Of a DNA stretch of 64,000 bases, positions 23,981 through 37,140 are shown piece by piece. The DNA is taken from assembly GCA_963575745.1 (NCBI GenBank), contig CAUYUJ010000270.1:1-64000 (forward strand), written 5' to 3'. A program made the position numbers and the translations under genes. This DNA comes from Prorocentrum cordatum (lineage: Eukaryota). The number at the start of each line of letters is the position of its first letter. Position 1 is the first letter of the stretch. The notes below the pieces were generated by a model, which did not search any database, was not told the DNA's origin, and was given only the letters and a program-made list of their open reading frames with translations.

Positions 23981-24879
23981 TTTTTCCCAATCATCCTGTG
24001 GTGTTGGGTCCTCGTTTTGAAGAGACGGTGCCCCGCGTTCTCCTTCTTCCTCCTTCTTCCTCCTTCTTCTTCCTCCTCCTCCTCCTCCTCCTCCTCCCTC
24101 CTGCTTCCCATGTTTGCCACTGCCCTCCGCATGCCAATCCCATTTCGGCGCACCCCTCACAGGGTTCGTGGCCCCAGAGGGAGCTCCACCGAAGGCCCCA
24201 GTGGCAGCGTTCGCATGCAGTTCCACCCTCATTTCGGCTCACCCCTCACAGGGTTCGTGGCCCCACAGGGAGCTCCACCGAAGGCCCCAGTGGCAGCGTT
24301 CGCATGCAGTTCCACCCTCATTTCGGCGCACCCCTCACAGGGTTCGTGGCTCCATAAGGGGGCTCCACCGAAGGCCCCAGTGCAGCGTTCGCATGCAGTT
24401 CCACCCTCACTTCGGCGCACCCCTCACAGGGTTCGTGGCCCCACAGGGAGCTCCGCCGAAGGCCCCAGTGGCAGCGTTCGCATGCAGTTCCACCCTCATT
24501 TCGGCTCACCCCTCACAGGGTTCGTGGCCCCACAGGGAGCTCCACCGAAGGCCCCAGTGCAGCGTTCGCATGCAGTTCCACCCTCACTTCGGCGCACCCC
24601 TCCAAGGGTTCGTGGCCCCACAGGGAGCTCCGCCGAAGGCCCCAGTGGCAGCGTTCGCATGCAGTTCCACCCTCATTTCGGCGCACCCCTCACAGGGTCA
24701 GTGGCCCCATAGGCAGCTCCACCGAAGGCCCGAGTGGCAGCGTTCGCATGCAGTTCCACCCTCATGCGGGGCACCCCTCAAAAGGTTCGTGACCCCACAG
24801 GGAGCTCCACCGAAGACGGTACTCACAAGTGCGGCACTCACAAATGCATATGGTTGGGTCCTTCGCCAAGTTCATTTTT
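23981..24879. mobile_element. Non-autonomous DINE-1/Helentron-like element with an internal ~89-bp tandem array
   Basis: Order: T-run, CCCAATCAT..GTTGGG hairpin, conserved core, (CCT)n, ~7.5 units of 89-90 bp (24141-24820), ATGGTTGGG, T-run. Same architecture as 58791-61299. Confidence 0.6.
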
Positions 24880-27424
24880 GGTTGTTTATCTACATGTACC
24901 TTGATGCTGCAGATGTGAACATCGCGTGTAGAACTAAGGAGACTTACGCGTTTATTCCTGCAGAAGCAGATGAACCAAACGACTTCGGTTGTAACACTTC
25001 CGCAGAGCCGCCACCGATACCCTCCACGACTAAAACCGATTAGGAAGGTCATCACCAATTAGATCTGCAAAACACCACGCGCAGCTCCCTATGGGGCCAC
25101 GAGACGCTGTACTGGGTGTGGCGGACGCGGGCACCTCCACTGGGGTGTAGCGGTTACGCGAAGCGTTCTCATCGAACGAACAACATTTAAACACCGACAT
25201 TGAAAGGCATTCATTGTACCAGGCTATTGAATTACTTCCGTGAAGACCGCTCCACACTGCAGTCCTCCTGACAATTTGCCACAGGCACTTGACTGCAACT
25301 TCAGTCTTAAAGCACCACTGCTCATCGCCCTCCACAGGCGTCCGGGGCCTGAATCGGACCGAACCTACAAGAAACCATTGGACTTCACACTTGGGGGGAG
25401 AGCCAGCTTCATCCTTCACAATGCTGCAAACTCCCAAAGACTTCAATACACAAAAGCCTGCCGACGAACTCTTCCACCCAAAGTCCTCTCGCCGCGCGCC
25501 GACACTGTCACACCTCGCCAGCTGCTCGGAAATAAACTCCTGAATGTCTGCGGTGTGGCCATCATGGTCTGGGAAGGCCGAGTGAGGCCAGATTCACCGG
25601 CAACTCCACCGACCACTCCCTGCTGGGTTCCGCCGAAAACTCCCGGCAACTCCACCGAAAACTCCACTCGGGCAGTAGCATCGGGCATGGCCTGCTGGGC
25701 TGCACCATGGGCATAACGCTGATAATGAGGTCGCCGAGGTCGCCCCCCAAGTGACAAAAGTCTGCCTCGCCGACCAGCGGCAACGAGCAAATGGAGAACG
25801 CACGGGCGTCCCCGCGGTGGCCGTCCTTGTGCGTCCGAGGGGCCGCCGGCGGACCCGATAGAAACAGGAAGGGCGACGGGGGGGTCGGCTTCGAAGGGGA
25901 ACTGTGGGACCCCCATGCGTTCGCGAAGTCGCCAAGGTCATCCCGAGGCTGTCTGGCTCGACGAAGACGCGCGTGGGCGGTTAGAACGTTGCTGATGCCG
26001 TTATCGCTGAACTCGTCTGCTGTCTGCTGCTCGACCGTGGAGACTCGGTTGTCAAGGGCTGGCACACGTTACGCCGATGCATCAAGACGCTGAGCAATAA
26101 CCAACTCCGCAATACAAAGCTTGGCATGCAACTCGGACGTTGTGGTACTCTCGGAATGGAGGTTGGCAGTGGTCACGTCAACGTGATCACGAAGTGCAGG
26201 TCGTCACGGAGCTGGTGATCCGTAGTCCCATGTGCCTCAGTGGCAGAAGCTGCCGTAATGTCAAGATCTCGTCGTGCAGGGCCCTGACAGCAGCAGCGCC
26301 CGTATCACTGATGCTCACGAGCCGCGCCTCCATGGCGAGGAGGTTGTCGTGCAGCGTCTGGGTGGCAGTGAAGTCGGCACTTCGGTGTGACTCCACAAGG
26401 CCAACGTGATATTGGACCTCGTTGAGGAACGATCGATCCTGGGCGATCCTACCGTCGACCAGGGCAGGAGCACGCTGGATCTCTTGCCTAACGTTGGTTG
26501 CCTGTGTCAAGTGATCGGCGACCGTGGCAGCAAGACCTGGCAACTGTTGGGTCGTGTAAATTTCAACCTGGTCTCTGAGTTCTGCCAAATCGCTGGCGGA
26601 GGGCGATACTCGAAGCGCGATGTCGCGCCGCGGGTAACTCTGCCGCGAGCGCCTATGGGAGGGGCTGCGACTATTGTCCGTGCTCTGGGACTGGAGGCGA
26701 TGCCGCTCGGGGGTTTTTCGCTGCGAGATCGTCCTAGTACGGTCCCCAATTGCTCGCACGTGTTCGAACACAGGAACCGACGTGGGGCTCATAGGGTGTC
26801 TGGCGTCCCGGCGGCCGTGTAGCGCAGAGGCGCTCGTAGGAGACGTTTCGTCCGCGCCGCCGCGGGTGCTCCCGCCGGCGAAGGTTGGAGAAAAAGGCGC
26901 AATAGTTCCCACCGGCGACGGTTCTGAACGAATGTTGGCTTCATGTGACTGAGCGGTCGACCGAAAGCTGGGTCCAAACCCTGGGGTGAACGATTGCGCC
27001 GGCACGCAAGATTGGAAACGGTCCATGTCATCCTGCTGCGCACGTCGAAGCGCGGCTTCGAAGCGCGCATCGGCGTGGCCGTCTCCTGGTATTGGGGATT
27101 GCGGCATCACTTCCTGTCCCACAGCCCTCTCCGTGTCGTCGCGACGCCCGCGCACCATCGAAGAGCCACCGCGCATAGAGGCACTGGTCCCCGCAGGGTC
27201 CAGCGTCATGCGCGAGGCTCAAAAGCGGCGCGAGGTGTCGCAACAGAGAGCTTCATGGAAGAGGCTGATAACCTGTGAACGGAGGTTAACGACCAATGAG
27301 CCGAACCTACCGTGGAGTCTGTAGGTAGACGACGATACGGAGAAACAGTGAGTCTCTATTGTCCATGCGCCCGTGTGAACAGACGCGCGCAAGATGTCCA
27401 ATACCTGAGCCGAAATGATAACAT
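24880..27424 (-). mobile_element. Decayed 5' part of a LINE-like retrotransposon (ORF1 remnants)
   Basis: Frameshifted ORF pieces (26187-27209, 25562-26065, 25030-25446) with an RS-rich segment and coiled coil, organised like ORF1 of the 33339-38315 element. SL-like motif at the 5' end. No RT motifs are retained. Confidence 0.45.
27404..27424 (-). other. Degenerate DinoSL relic
   Basis: Minus strand TGTTATCATTTCGGCTCAGG versus DinoSL CCGTAGCCATTTTGGCTCAAG; only the 3' core matches. Confidence 0.45.
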
Positions 27425-27574
27425 GATAGATAGATGGAATAAGGGAGATGAGCAGTCTTCACACACGAGGACCGTCACAAGGGGGTCGTGGAAGCAGTCC
27501 GGGGCCCCGGTCCCGCCATGAAGCGTCGAGGCAGTTGTTGTTCGGGCCCCAGGCCTGCCCCCCGGGGAAATGCA

Positions 27575-27624
27575 TATATATGTACATATATATGTGTGTA
27601 TGTGTATATGTATATGTATGTATG

Positions 27625-27680
<56 letters not shown>
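27575..27680. repeat. (TA)n / (TATG)n microsatellite
   Basis: Direct observation. Confidence 0.95.
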
Positions 27681-27684
<4 letters not shown>

Positions 27685-27685
27685 A

Positions 27686-27712
27686 CTAGAACCATCGCGC
27701 GCTTCGCGCGCG
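27686..27712 (-). mobile_element. Helitron-type 3' terminus (GC hairpin + CTAG|T)
   Basis: Minus strand: CGCGCGC-GAA-GCGCGCG ATGGTT CTAG|T, next to (AT)n. The 5' end was not identified. Confidence 0.5.
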
Positions 27713-28001
27713 CTCAAGTTCTAGCTAGGCTTGATAGGCGAACTCATGTAATATCAGGTATTCAACGATTCGGGGCCCTCAAATGCTTCCTGGGTTTTTG
27801 GGGGGTCTGAACGTGGTCTGTTCTGCAAGAGTAGACTGTGGGCCAAACTTGGACAAAAGAAGGAATTGTGGGATTTCCATAGTTTTCCAGATCATCGGCG
27901 CTGTTCGGCGCTGTTTTTCCCCATATCCTAAGATGGGGTTCTTGTTAATACTTGGACGCCTCCTACTGCCTCTCCCTCCTCCTCTTTCTTCCTCCCCTCC
28001 T

Positions 28002-28340
28002 CATACTCAGACTTACTCATACTCAGACTTACTCATACTCAGACCTACTCATACTCAGACTTACTCACACTCAGACATACTCATGCACAGACTTACTCAT
28101 ACACAGACTTACTCACACCCAGACGTACTCATACACAGACTTACTCATACCAGACTTACTCATACACAGTATTACTCATACTCAGACTTACTCATACCCA
28201 GACGTACACATACACAGACTTTCTCATACACAGACCTACTCATACCCAGACTTACTCATACACAGACTTACTCATACACATACTTACTCATACTCAGGCA
28301 TACTCATACTCAGACCTACTCATACTCAGACTTACTCAAC
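28002..28340. repeat. 16-bp minisatellite (ACTCATACTCAGACTT)n
   Basis: About 20 degenerate units. Related tracts at 46396-46570 and 47560-47630. Confidence 0.9.
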
Positions 28341-28356
28341 ACACATCAGATTTGGA

Positions 28357-29461
28357 GGATGTCTCAAGCGGGGCGCTGGTTTCAGCACCCCTAAGGGGAG
28401 CCGCCAGGGGTGGTTGCACGGGCTCGTTCGCGGCCATTTTGTGGGGATGTCTCAGGCGGTTTGCTTGTTTCTGGGCTCAACATCCTTCGCTTGGAGAGCA
28501 GATTGTGAGGATGTCTCAGGCGGGGCGCTGGTTTCAGCACCCCTAAGGGGAGCCGCCAGGGGTGGTTGCACGGGCTCGTTCGCGGCCATTTTGTGGGGAT
28601 GTCTCAGGCGGTTTGCTTGTTTCTGGGCCCAACATCCTTCGCTTGGAGAGCAGATTGTGAGGATGTCTCAAGCGGGGCGCTGGTTTCAGCACCCCTAAGG
28701 GGAGCCGCCAGGGGTGGTTGCACGGGCTCGTTCGCGGCCATTTTGTGGGGATGTCTCAGGCGGTTTGCTTGTTTCTGGGCTCAACATCCTTCGCTTGGAG
28801 AGCAGATTGTGAGGATGTCTCAGGCGGGGCGCTGGTTTCAGCACCCCTAAGGGGAGCCGCCAGGGGTGGTTGCACGGGCTCGTTCGCGGCCATTTTGTGG
28901 GGATGTCTCAGGCGGTTTGCTTGTTTCTGGGCCCAACATCCTTCGCTTGGAGAGCAGATTGTGAGGATGTCTCAGGCGGGGCGCTGGTTTCAGCACCCCT
29001 AAGGGGAGCCGCCAGGGGTGGTTGCACGGGCTCGTTCGCGGCCATTTTGTGGGGATGTCTCAGGCGGTTTGCTTGTTTCTGGGCTCAACATCCTTCGCTT
29101 GGAGAGCAGATTGTGAGGATGTCTCAGGCGGGGCGCTGGTTTCAGCACCCCTAAGGGGAGCCGCCAGGGGTGGTTGCACGGGCTCGTTCGCGGCCATTTT
29201 GTGGGGATGTCTCAGGCGGTTTGCTTGTTTCTGGGCTCAACATCCTTCGCTTGGAGAGCAGATTGTGAGGATGTCTCAGGCGGGGCGCTGGTTTCAGCAC
29301 CCCTAAGGGGAGCCGCCAGGGGTGGTTGCACGGGCTCGTTCGCGGCCATTTTGTGGGGATGTCTCAGGCGGTTTGCTTGTTTCTGGGCTCAACATCCTTC
29401 GCTTGGAGAGCAGATTGTGAGGATGTCTCAGGCGGGGCGCTGGTTTCAGCACCCCTAAGGG
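28357..29461. repeat. 152-bp tandem repeat, ~7.3 nearly identical copies
   Basis: Unit starts at 28357, 28509, 28661, 28813, 28965, 29117, 29269 and 29421; only rare substitutions. Confidence 0.95.
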
Positions 29462-29789
29462 CATATGCACATATGGGAAGCTCCAAAGCTACCACGGGCT
29501 GACAAGGGGAAGGCCTGGCAGCTGAGGAGGGGGGATGAAGAGGAAGAGGCTCGCATTCAACCATACTCAAAGCTCACTCTGACTCATACGCAATCACTCG
29601 CATTAGGGGTCACTCGTCTTCGTCGGCCCTGTCGCCCACGTGGACGCGCTATTGTAGTCGACCGCTCATGAACAGATGCTCACCACGGCATGACATAAAA
29701 CATGAGATGCACATATGGGGATCTCCACGCAGTGAGTAATTGTTTGTGCCTCGCGGGTTTTGTTAGCCGGGCCCCTCAGGGGTGTGGGA

Positions 29790-30780
29790 TCTTCCAGACC
29801 CCCATTGGGGTTCTGGAGGCCTCCTGGAGGCCTGGAGAGCCGTCGGAAGGGTGTCTCGGGTTGCGCGGGAGCGTGTTGGGCTGTTCTTTACGTTTTGGGG
29901 GCTCCTTGGAGTCGTTTTGGTCTGTCCTTGGGCGTCTTGGGGCCCCCCCGGGAAGCCGGGAGGCGCGGTACCGGCCAGATGTCAGGGGATGTCTGGGATC
30001 TCCAAGTAGGAGTCCATTTTGAGAAAAGGAATTCTGGGAATTCCCGTTTCTTTCAGAATCCTCGATCTTCGAGGGTTGGAAGCGGGAAAACTTGAGAAAG
30101 CGAAAAACATTAGAAAAACCATTGGAAATCAACGATTGTACCCTCTTTGGGCTCTCTCGGGACGGCTCTCGCAGCTCTATTGGGCCGTTCTTGGAGCTTC
30201 GTTGGGGTCTTTTTGGAGCCTCTCAAGGATCGGGGGTGTGTTGGGGGCCTATGGGGGTCCCAGAGCCTCTCGGAGGTCTCTGAAAGCCTCCTGCTCCCGC
30301 TCTTGGGCCCATCTTGGGCCTGTTCTGGGGTGGTCTGGGGCTGTCCTGGGCGGCTCTTCGGCAATCTTGGAGCTTTCTTGGCCCGTCTTGGGGCCGTCAT
30401 GAGGGTCCCTTGGGTGTTGGGGCGGTCTTGGGAGCCTCTTCGGCGATCTTGGACCGTTGGAAACCCGAAAACGCGAGAAGCCAAAACCATTGAAAAAATG
30501 ACAATCGACGATGTTGTCCTCTTCGGGCCGTCCCGGGACGCCTCTCGGACCTCTCTTGGGGTCTCTTGGAGGCCACCTGGGAGCCTCGAAAGCTGTCGGA
30601 AGGCTGACTTGGGCTGCTTGGGAGCGTCTTGGGCCATCCTTTCGCATTCTGGGGGATCCTGGGAGGCGTCTTGGGCCCTCCTGGAGCGTTGTGGAGGCTC
30701 CCCGGAAAGGCTGGGGGAGCGGTACCGGGAGCGTCCCCGAGATGTCACGGGGAGGTTTGGGACCAGGGGCTGGGGGGGGG
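29790..30780. repeat. Dispersed TCTTGG/GGGCC-rich repeat family
   Basis: Opposite-strand relatives (CCAAGA-rich) at about 38400-38590 and 45390-46180. Confidence 0.55.
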
Positions 30781-31569
30781 CGGTATTTATAATACATCTA
30801 TATATGTGTATACACGCCATGTGTATGCCATATGCCCACAGCAGCATACGTGGGAATCAATAGGAAGCGTGGAGGCCGAGGGGGGGCGATCTATTTTTTC
30901 ACACACACACACACATATATATATATATGAAGACAGCAGGACCCCCCTCGAGGCCCACGTGTGGATCGAGAAGATGAAGCCAGAGGTCTCAAGACTGGAC
31001 CACAAGGCTTGCACACGCAATAGTCTGAGGGCATTTGCGACAGCAGCCGCTAGTACGTGGCACAGACTATCGAGGCACACCTGTTTCGTTTTGGTCTGGC
31101 CATCGAGCCCGTCAAGCTGATCGTGCCAGTAAAGGTGCAGGTCCCCCTCGTCGCACATTTTGCGGGCTCCCGGCACCGCAACCAACGTTGAACCCAATAT
31201 AAGCTTAACGTGAGCACGCCACGGGGAACGCAACCGCAGTGCTCGATTGCACATGACTGACACGAGCTGAGCTGCCACAGAGGCTTGCCTGACACAGGGA
31301 ACCAAAGAGAGAAAAAGAGAGAGAGAGAGAGAGAGAGAAAACGAGAGAAAGAACTGCGCCGCCCACGGAGCGCACGGAAAAGCTTTTGAAAGGGCCTCGG
31401 GCGGAGAATACGTCGCTGGCCTGCGACGATGCCCCCCCCATCCCTGACACTGAAATCACATGACCGAAATCCACACTGGATCTTCATCACACTGCCGCGG
31501 GCACCTCCAGGGGCACGCACGGGCGGGCGGTGCCCAGAAGCTTTGGCTGTGGGCCAGGCGAGGCACGAA

Positions 31570-31925
31570 CAGGAGGAGCCAGTGAAGGCACAGGCTGCCA
31601 CCGCCGGCAGGGGGACGAGCATGTTCGATTCCGCGCCCATGCCAGCTGCGTGCACGAAAGTTCGTTTCGGCGACTGCGTGCCGCGCTCGAAGCGAGGGGC
31701 GCCCATGCCTGTGCGCGAACTCTTCGCCGCCCCGGAGAAGCGCGAAGAGCTCGAGTGCAGTTGGCTCGACGATGAACCGTTCGCGGACCCAGAGTGTTCG
31801 CACTGCGAAGCCCCTGCGCTCTCGACGCACTTCGCCAAAATCACGCATTCCGTGAAGGTCCGCCAATTCGCCAGGGCCGCCCTGGACGGGCCAGGCCTCG
31901 AGAAGGTCTCCGCGGCGACCGCAGG
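31570..31925 (+). CDS. Possible exon of an unknown protein
   Basis: Protein-like composition (EEPVKAQ...MFDSAPMPAACTKVRFG...FAKITHSVKVRQFARAALD) with cAG|G and AG|G flanks. No recognisable domain. Confidence 0.3.
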
Positions 31926-33559
31926 GACCCATGCGGCCCCGCGCCGAGCTCGAACCAAGGCCTGGTGCGCAGGGGGGGGCAGCCGGAGAGCGCGCGCCGC
32001 ACTGCGGCCACTGCAGCCACACGGCGCCGCTGGCCCACGGGAGTGGGAGCAAGTCGGGCCGCCTGCGGCGCCTCCCACGGGACGGTTGCACGGGCAGCTG
32101 CCGCCCAAAGACCTGGAGGCTGACGCGCCCTGGCATTGCGCTCTGCATGCGAATCGAGGCGCAGGGGCGGCTTTGTACACAACGGCGGGAAGACCAGGAA
32201 CATCCCGATAGCGTCACCGAGTCAGCCCTGCGGGGCTTCCAGCCCAAGAGGTCTCCAAGATCGCCCCGAGTAGCCTCCGAGGCCCCCAAGATGGATGCAA
32301 TATGCTTCCAAGACGGCCCCAAGAGGGCCCCAACAAGCTCGCCACTTCAAGACCGCTGAAGCAGTACGATGCAGGGAGCGGGACAGCGGAAAATAATCCC
32401 ACCAGCCCTTTTAAGGCGCGAGTGGTTTAGAGCGCTTCCTCTTCCAACCTCATTCTTCCCCTTCGGGTTGATCACTGTTCCCTATAAATGGACACAAATC
32501 CCCTACCTGGCCGGCAGCCAACCCGGAACAACGAGGACCCCATGAGGGCCCCCCACCCACCATCCATGTCGGAAAAATAATGCAAATTATACTTCGGGGC
32601 AAAGTCTGGAGTCATGGTCGTGAGGCCTGCGAGCTCTTTGTTTTGTTTTTGGACAGGGACGGCGAGGGTATCAGCATATCGCCTGCAGTGTGCAGGGCTA
32701 CCATCTCTGACAGAAAAACAATACAAAATACATCTCGCGGCGAAATCTGGATCGCGCGCGGCCACCGCGCAATCACTGTCAAGTGGTGGCGTATGGCCTG
32801 ATGTGCGCAGGCCCACCATACGCATTGATGGGCATGGGTTTTCGCCATGGATGGTGAGGGCCGACATGTTTCCCGATGTGTGCTGTCACGTGCGCAGGCG
32901 CACCTGACACATTCAGCACGTGCCCCGAACGAGGCGCACCTGGCACGGCTCGAGTATGCGGCGCACCTTGCGCACGCGGAGGCACGTGGCGCATCTGGCG
33001 AACCAGGCGTGCCTGGCACGCTCGGGCCCAAGGGGTGCCTGGCGCGCGTTGCGCGCCTGGCACGCGTGGCGCACCTCGCACCAGCGTCGCGCGCATGGGA
33101 TCGGTTATGGTTCCCGGTGGCTGCCCATCCAAAGACGACCGCTGAACATGCTGAGGCTCGGGTATTACGTATGTGGTGGGAGGGCGGGTGGGAGTGAACG
33201 AGACGGATTGCTATCTAGGAGGGTGTCTTGACCCCTCCCCCTAGCCCCTCCCCTGGACCTGGACGGGGCGCCCCGCGACCCACTAGAGCGCCCGAGAAGG
33301 CCTCGGCGAGAAGGCGCGCGCCACTGATGTCACCCATGTTTTTTTTGTAAAGCCAGCCTGGCCGCCCCAATTGTTTGTTCTTGCACGGGTGTGCTCGCGC
33401 ACGCCCATTCGCCATCTCGCTGCGAGACGGCGCTCGAGAGAAGGACAGGCCACTAGTCCAGCGGCCTCGCGAGCGGTCCTGGCGGCCCCCGCCAAGGGTG
33501 GCAGGCGCCCCATCCAGGGGCAGCAACTGCTCCCTGCACACGGGAGGAGGAAGAGGAAG

Positions 33560-36500
33560 GAGAGAATAACACAGCCGCCTGTTTACTCCAGGCAGAAACC
33601 ACCGCACGGCGGCGACGACTCGTAACTCTGAGGCGAGCTTCAAAGCGTTGCTGGCAAGTGCCTGGGATGCCCTGACGGCGACAGTTATGAAGAGCAACCA
33701 AGGCATCAACACAAGCGGCATAGCACATTGGAAGACATTGATGATGGTGAAAGCATGAGGAAGGGAAGGGGCCAGGGCGAACCCTCAGGAAACCAGGGCG
33801 AGGAGATAAATAGAGGTCCAAGCCAATATCTGAACAGAAGCCAACCGAGGACAACATACAGAGTGTTCAACGCTATCAAGATCACCCTCACCAAGTGCTG
33901 GGCATCCCCGGGCACAACCTGCAGGGCTATATTTATATCGCTTGGTGGCGCAGAGACCGCGGCGCAGGATGCGCATGGCTCCCACGAGCATATACGGCTG
34001 AGTTTTCAGGTGCACGAAATACGAGTTAATCCAGAACCGATCCATGCTGCGCGGTGAAATCTCTGGGAACCATGCTGCAACTCGACGAAAGAGCGTCCGA
34101 CGAGGGCCCTCGTTGGAAGGGGGGCCCTCGACCATCAGCTCGTAAAGGCGAGCTTGAAGACGCGGCAGATCTACGCTCGCACGTGATGGGATAGCGTAAT
34201 ACCATTCATACAGACTGTGCATAGAACAGAGGAAACCCGGCTTCCAGTAGCCTCCTCTCATCCTGACAAAGACATGCTCTGGATGATCCTCAAGAGACCG
34301 AAGATGCTCAAAAACAGCGCCTATCCCATCATTCTTAATCAAATATCGGATACACGTCGCTTTGGCCAGGCACAGCAGATCTTGAAACCCGACGGGCAGG
34401 TGAAGCCTGCGCAACTGCGCGCAGAAAGAGTCAGAGAAAGACTTGCGAGGCCCTGCCGCGTCACTCTGAACACCGCTGCTGCTCTCGTAAGCCCCAGGCC
34501 AAGCTGACGAATGATGCCTGCACGGGGCCTGAATTTCCGGAGGGCCTCCGACCACGCGTGACGGTGAGCCTGCGGGCCTATGAAGGCCCCGAGACACTTC
34601 TCGCTGTCGACAACCTGAAGCAACCTGTAGTCACCCTGCAGAGCAGCAGTCGAACCGCGCATCAGGCCTAGCCCGAGGTTGCCTCTGATGAGCACCTGGC
34701 ATTCCTTAAAGTTCAAGGCGAGTCCAGCAATCGGTTCGAGAGGCTGAAGGGTTCGAAGAACAGGGCCCAGGGACGAGGAAACACGCAGAAGCCCAAAGCA
34801 AAAATCATCAGCATACGCAAGCGTACGATCGATATGACTGCTGCCTTTCGCCTTGACCCGCCTGAGTAGCGGACCCACCGCCTGCGCGAAAGGGGGCGTG
34901 CTGGACGGACACCCTTGCTTGACCCCAGAGCCCATGATCATCTTCCCGAACCGCCTTCCTCCCAGCACCACAGTGGCAGTCTGCTCCTGATAGAGCAGCA
35001 TGAAGAAAGAGACGACGGCAGAGCTGATCCCCATCTCGCTCAGCACGCGCAACAGCCAAGGAATCGCCAGCGACGGAAACGCTGCGCAGAAATCGGTGAG
35101 CAATAGGCAAGCTTGCTCATTCGCCAAGACATGTTGTTCTAGAGACCAAGCCTCTGCGTCGACGATGTAAGCGATCATGCCCCGATGCTTTAAACGCTTC
35201 TGGTCAGGGGAAACAATCTTCGAAACATTTTCCCCCAATGGAATAGATGCGGCCCCAGCGAGAATCTTGATGTCCGTGTTTGACATACCTAGAGTACGTG
35301 TTTCTTTGGGGCCTCTGGAGACCTCAGGACCACTGTCACGAACATCAGAACCTTTAGGGGGGACAACCATGAGGCTGTGACGCATGTCAGGCGGCAGAGA
35401 CTCGATATTCACATTAAAGAGACAGAGATAAATCTCATAAAGAGCGCGCGCGGCAGACGGCGCCGACCAAGCTCCATACGGGGCGCCGTCTGGTCCGGGC
35501 ATGCCAAAAAAACTGCGCATAAGTAAGCTGCCAAACTTCAGAGAGCAGCTCTGGGACCTTCTGGATGCGCGCAGACACCTCAGGCCACAGAGACCTGTCT
35601 AGAGCCTTCGGAGAGAAAACCTCGGACCAGTAATCCTGGGGAACCTGAGCAGACTCTTCCAGGGAGGGGCATGGACTACCATCAGCATCGCACACACGTC
35701 ATATGCGTACGACTCCGAAAGCGCCTCCAAAGCTCCGGATACCTCTAAACCCTGGCCTGGTTGTTTTTCTTCGTCTTGGGGTCCGCCTCAGAGTTTTCAA
35801 TTTCCATGTTCTCCTGGTCACGCAGCTGCATCTGGACGCACCGAGTGAGAGCACACAGGCCAGCGACGTTCGTGCACCTAAGGTTCGTCATGTCGAAATT
35901 CAGGCCAAGGGTAGGATAAGCCTTAAGCGCATCCACGATCATCCGATCCCTCCCAAAACTCCACCCTCTCAGCGCATGCATGGCCCAGTGATGCTTCAGC
36001 TCTAACGTGGTAGCTGGGATCGTATTGGTATACTCCCGAACGTGCTTCATGGTGACGAACATGCATGACTTAATCGTACTAAGACGCCCCAAGACAGATA
36101 AATGCAGGCAATCGTGATCTAGTTCGGCAATGAGCTGCCCTAGGTTGATCAGGATGCTTACATATATGCTTGGGGCTCGTGGGGAACTCAGCAGACGGGC
36201 AGAAGGGGGGGAACAGAGCAAATATCGGGATGTGGTCGCTCGGAGACTTAGGCATGGGCTTGCCAATCACCCCGCTGCGGATATCATAATCTCTCAGAAT
36301 GGCCTGCGGCAGGGGCGCATGCATTCTGTCCAACCGAGAAGTGCGGACGACGATGCCGCCACGAAGCTCCCCCCCGCGCGACGCATTCCTGAAACGCAAG
36401 CAACCGTTGGAAACAATATGTGATAGAAGCGCGAATGAGGGCGGCCACCACATAACCATCCACTGCCGTCGCCCTTCATCCCCCCCCTCCTCCTCTAAAG

Positions 36501-37062
36501 CAAAGTTGAAGTAACTTATGAGAATACGGTGTGAATTGTGCGCGGCGTCGTAAACAGAGCGGGCCGCCCTCAACACTGCCGGGTAAACCGCGAGCGTGTC
36601 ACTCGTGTTGGGTAGGTGGACATTGAAAATCGTGAGGTTACCTGCAGGGCCCGGACAAGTAGTCTGAAGAACCCGCCCCGTAACCAACCCATGATGATGA
36701 ACAGTGGCGAACTGCTTCCTGACCTGAGGGGCCAAGACAGTGACCACCCCGCCTTCGCCTTGAGAATCCTCAGACATAGAGAAAACGATGTCGCGCCCAG
36801 GACGGGGCCCATCCAGCTCCCTGGGGAGCTCTCCAATATCACCAACGTGACCGTGAGCTTCCTGCCCGCAGACAATCTGAAACTTCCGAGCGAGGGATGA
36901 GAATGACTGATACCTAGCACCAGCGCGCCAGGAGGCCTGGCGGACACCGCAAAAAAAAACCGCGAGTGTTCCAGCTGCAGATTGACAAGGGCTCAGGAGG
37001 GGTGAAGGGTAGATAATTGGAGGGAGGAGGAGAGGAACTAGCATCACCAATGTCGTTCCCAA
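33560..37062 (-). pseudogene. LINE ORF2: APE endonuclease + reverse transcriptase + C-terminal Cys/His motif, multiple frameshifts
   Basis: APE: SWNTRG, CGQEAHG, NVHLP, SRLDRM, SDHIPI. RT: PGPDG, SNTDIKIL, TDFCAAFPSL, GVKQGCPSS, AYADDF, LALNFKEC. C-terminus: CARGC..DSVEHSVCCP. Confidence 0.9.
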
Positions 37063-37140
37063 GACAGCTAGAGCGCGATGGGGGCAAACAGGAGTCGCCC
37101 CGTGGCGGCCGAAGGCCGCTCAAGCGGAAGACAGCCTGCT

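Noticed and set aside
28357..29461. CRISPR-like appearance of regular repeats (also 4427-5195 and 58920-61240)
   Set aside because: The sequence between repeats is itself repeated or homologous rather than unique spacers, there are no cas genes, and the context is eukaryotic.
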